Below, in pieces: positions 62,517 through 64,000 of a stretch of 64,000 nt of DNA. The DNA lies in assembly GCA_964016885.1 (NCBI GenBank), contig OZ024740.1, positions 114,762,001-114,826,000 of the forward strand. Direction: 5' to 3'. Positions within the stretch are counted from its first letter, which is position 1. The number at the start of each line of letters is the position of its first letter. Source of the stretch: Eledone cirrhosa. Its lineage: Eukaryota. A program made the position numbers and the translations under genes. A model generated the notes under the pieces. The model did not search any database. It was not told the origin of the DNA and saw nothing but the letters and a program-made list of their open reading frames with translations.

Positions 62517-64000
62517 GACTCATTTCGAAAACGTTTTCAAAAATGTTCAAATATGTGAACTAAGAAATATCAATCACTACTTACTTAAGTATAATCATGT
62601 ATTCTTAACCAGAAACCTTCAAAACCGTTATAGATAGAAAAACCAATAGAAAACAATACATATCTCTATTACATTAATGTGCTAGTAAGATTACTTACAA
62701 CTCGAAATCCGCTAATATGAGATTACGCTGCCACATAACGTGGTTCGCACCTTCTTTTTATATTATTATTAATTCTAACAACACTAAATCAAATTAGTCT
62801 TAATATACCAGCATTTCGAATCACTGAAGAATACAGACAACTATTGAATAGAAAAACCTCCTAAGCTGAGTTATATCTATACTAATATGAGAAGTTAAAT
62901 ACCATGTAAAAAAAATAAATACAAACACACCCCTACACATATAACGCAGAAGTCAAATCTGTCATTAACATCACACACTAATAATATGTAAGTATAGTGG
63001 AAAGTTCTTTTAAACAAAGATATTATAACCATAGTTTGTCCCCAAGATTCTATAGAAAAGATGAATACAGCAAAATTATAGTTATATATGTCGCTTGAAA
63101 AAACATGCCACTGATTTTAAGATAAATTAAAAATACTCAAAACACATAAGCTCTTACATAAATGGGAAAAACCTGCAGAGCTGAGGAGCGTCATATAATT
63201 TGAATAAATTCACAAACTTTATAAATATCAGTTGAATGACCTACACCAAGTGCCATTAATTCGCAAAGTACCTCCTTGCACACTGTGATATCATGCCTCT
63301 ACCCTGTTGAAGGGAATATCTCTTAATTATTTTCCAGAAACAATTACAGTCTCTATTTGCATATTTAATATTAAAAGACAAATAATTGTTTCTACTTTTA
63401 TAATTGTTTCTACTTTATTTATTAAAAGACAAATAATCACACGTGTTCTTGCTATAACTGATGTTATCAACACTTTCTATTTCCATTATAAATTTCAAAC
63501 AATAAAATGTGATCACTTAGTTAGAAAAATCATGCAGTTTCCATTCCTCTCTTCATGTTTAACCTACTCATGGAGGGTGGCGAACTCAAAACTTCATACA
63601 AAAACATTGTCACTTCAATGGCGCAGTCTTTTAGTAGCATCTCTTTATCACTCTTCAATAATCATATTGTGTAGCTATTCAATATCCTGTAATGCTCTGA
63701 TCCTTTAGTTTCACCCATTTTCAAATACACAGAGACATAATGCACCCATAAAAAATATTTATTTGTAAACATTTACCCGAAATGCGATACTAGAAACTCT
63801 GCCTCGTGACAACCTTATATGTCGTGAAACTTTAAATTATAATATATTATCAATAGCGGAATGTATGTGTGTGTGTGTGTGTGTGTGCATGTGTGTCTGT
63901 ATGTATGCATGTATATATGAGTGTGTGCGTATGTATGCATATATGTATGCATGTATATGTGTATGTGTGTGTATGTATGTATGTATTATGCATGTATGTA

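Overview
AT-rich, microsatellite-saturated animal genomic DNA; the SINE types and (TA)n/(CA)n density suggest a cephalopod such as octopus (inference, not proven). The dominant feature is a ~24 kb head-to-tail array (24146-48533, minus strand) of four near-identical ~6.0 kb L1-group/Tx1-like non-LTR retrotransposons. Each has ORF1 (CCHC zinc knuckle) and ORF2 (APE endonuclease, RT, C-terminal zinc finger). They are separated only by (AAT)n and, once, by a tRNA-derived SINE. Copy 3 is fully intact; copies 1, 2 and 4 each carry one disabling lesion. All four carry the same (ATT)5 leader with a diagnostic GTT variant at the 5' end and end in (ATT)n rather than poly(A). The same tract also holds a Dong/R4-type 3' fragment and two older Tx1-like 3' ends. 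A related Tx1-like family sits in (ATCT)n at ~55.1-55.9 kb. The flanks contain many Penelope-like fold-back insertions with hammerhead-ribozyme motifs (including a perfect 444-bp palindrome), a non-autonomous Helitron, SINEs, decayed RTE/CRE/R4 fragments, minisatellites and two or three candidate minus-strand host exons. Most short ORFs in the track are microsatellite or antisense artefacts.
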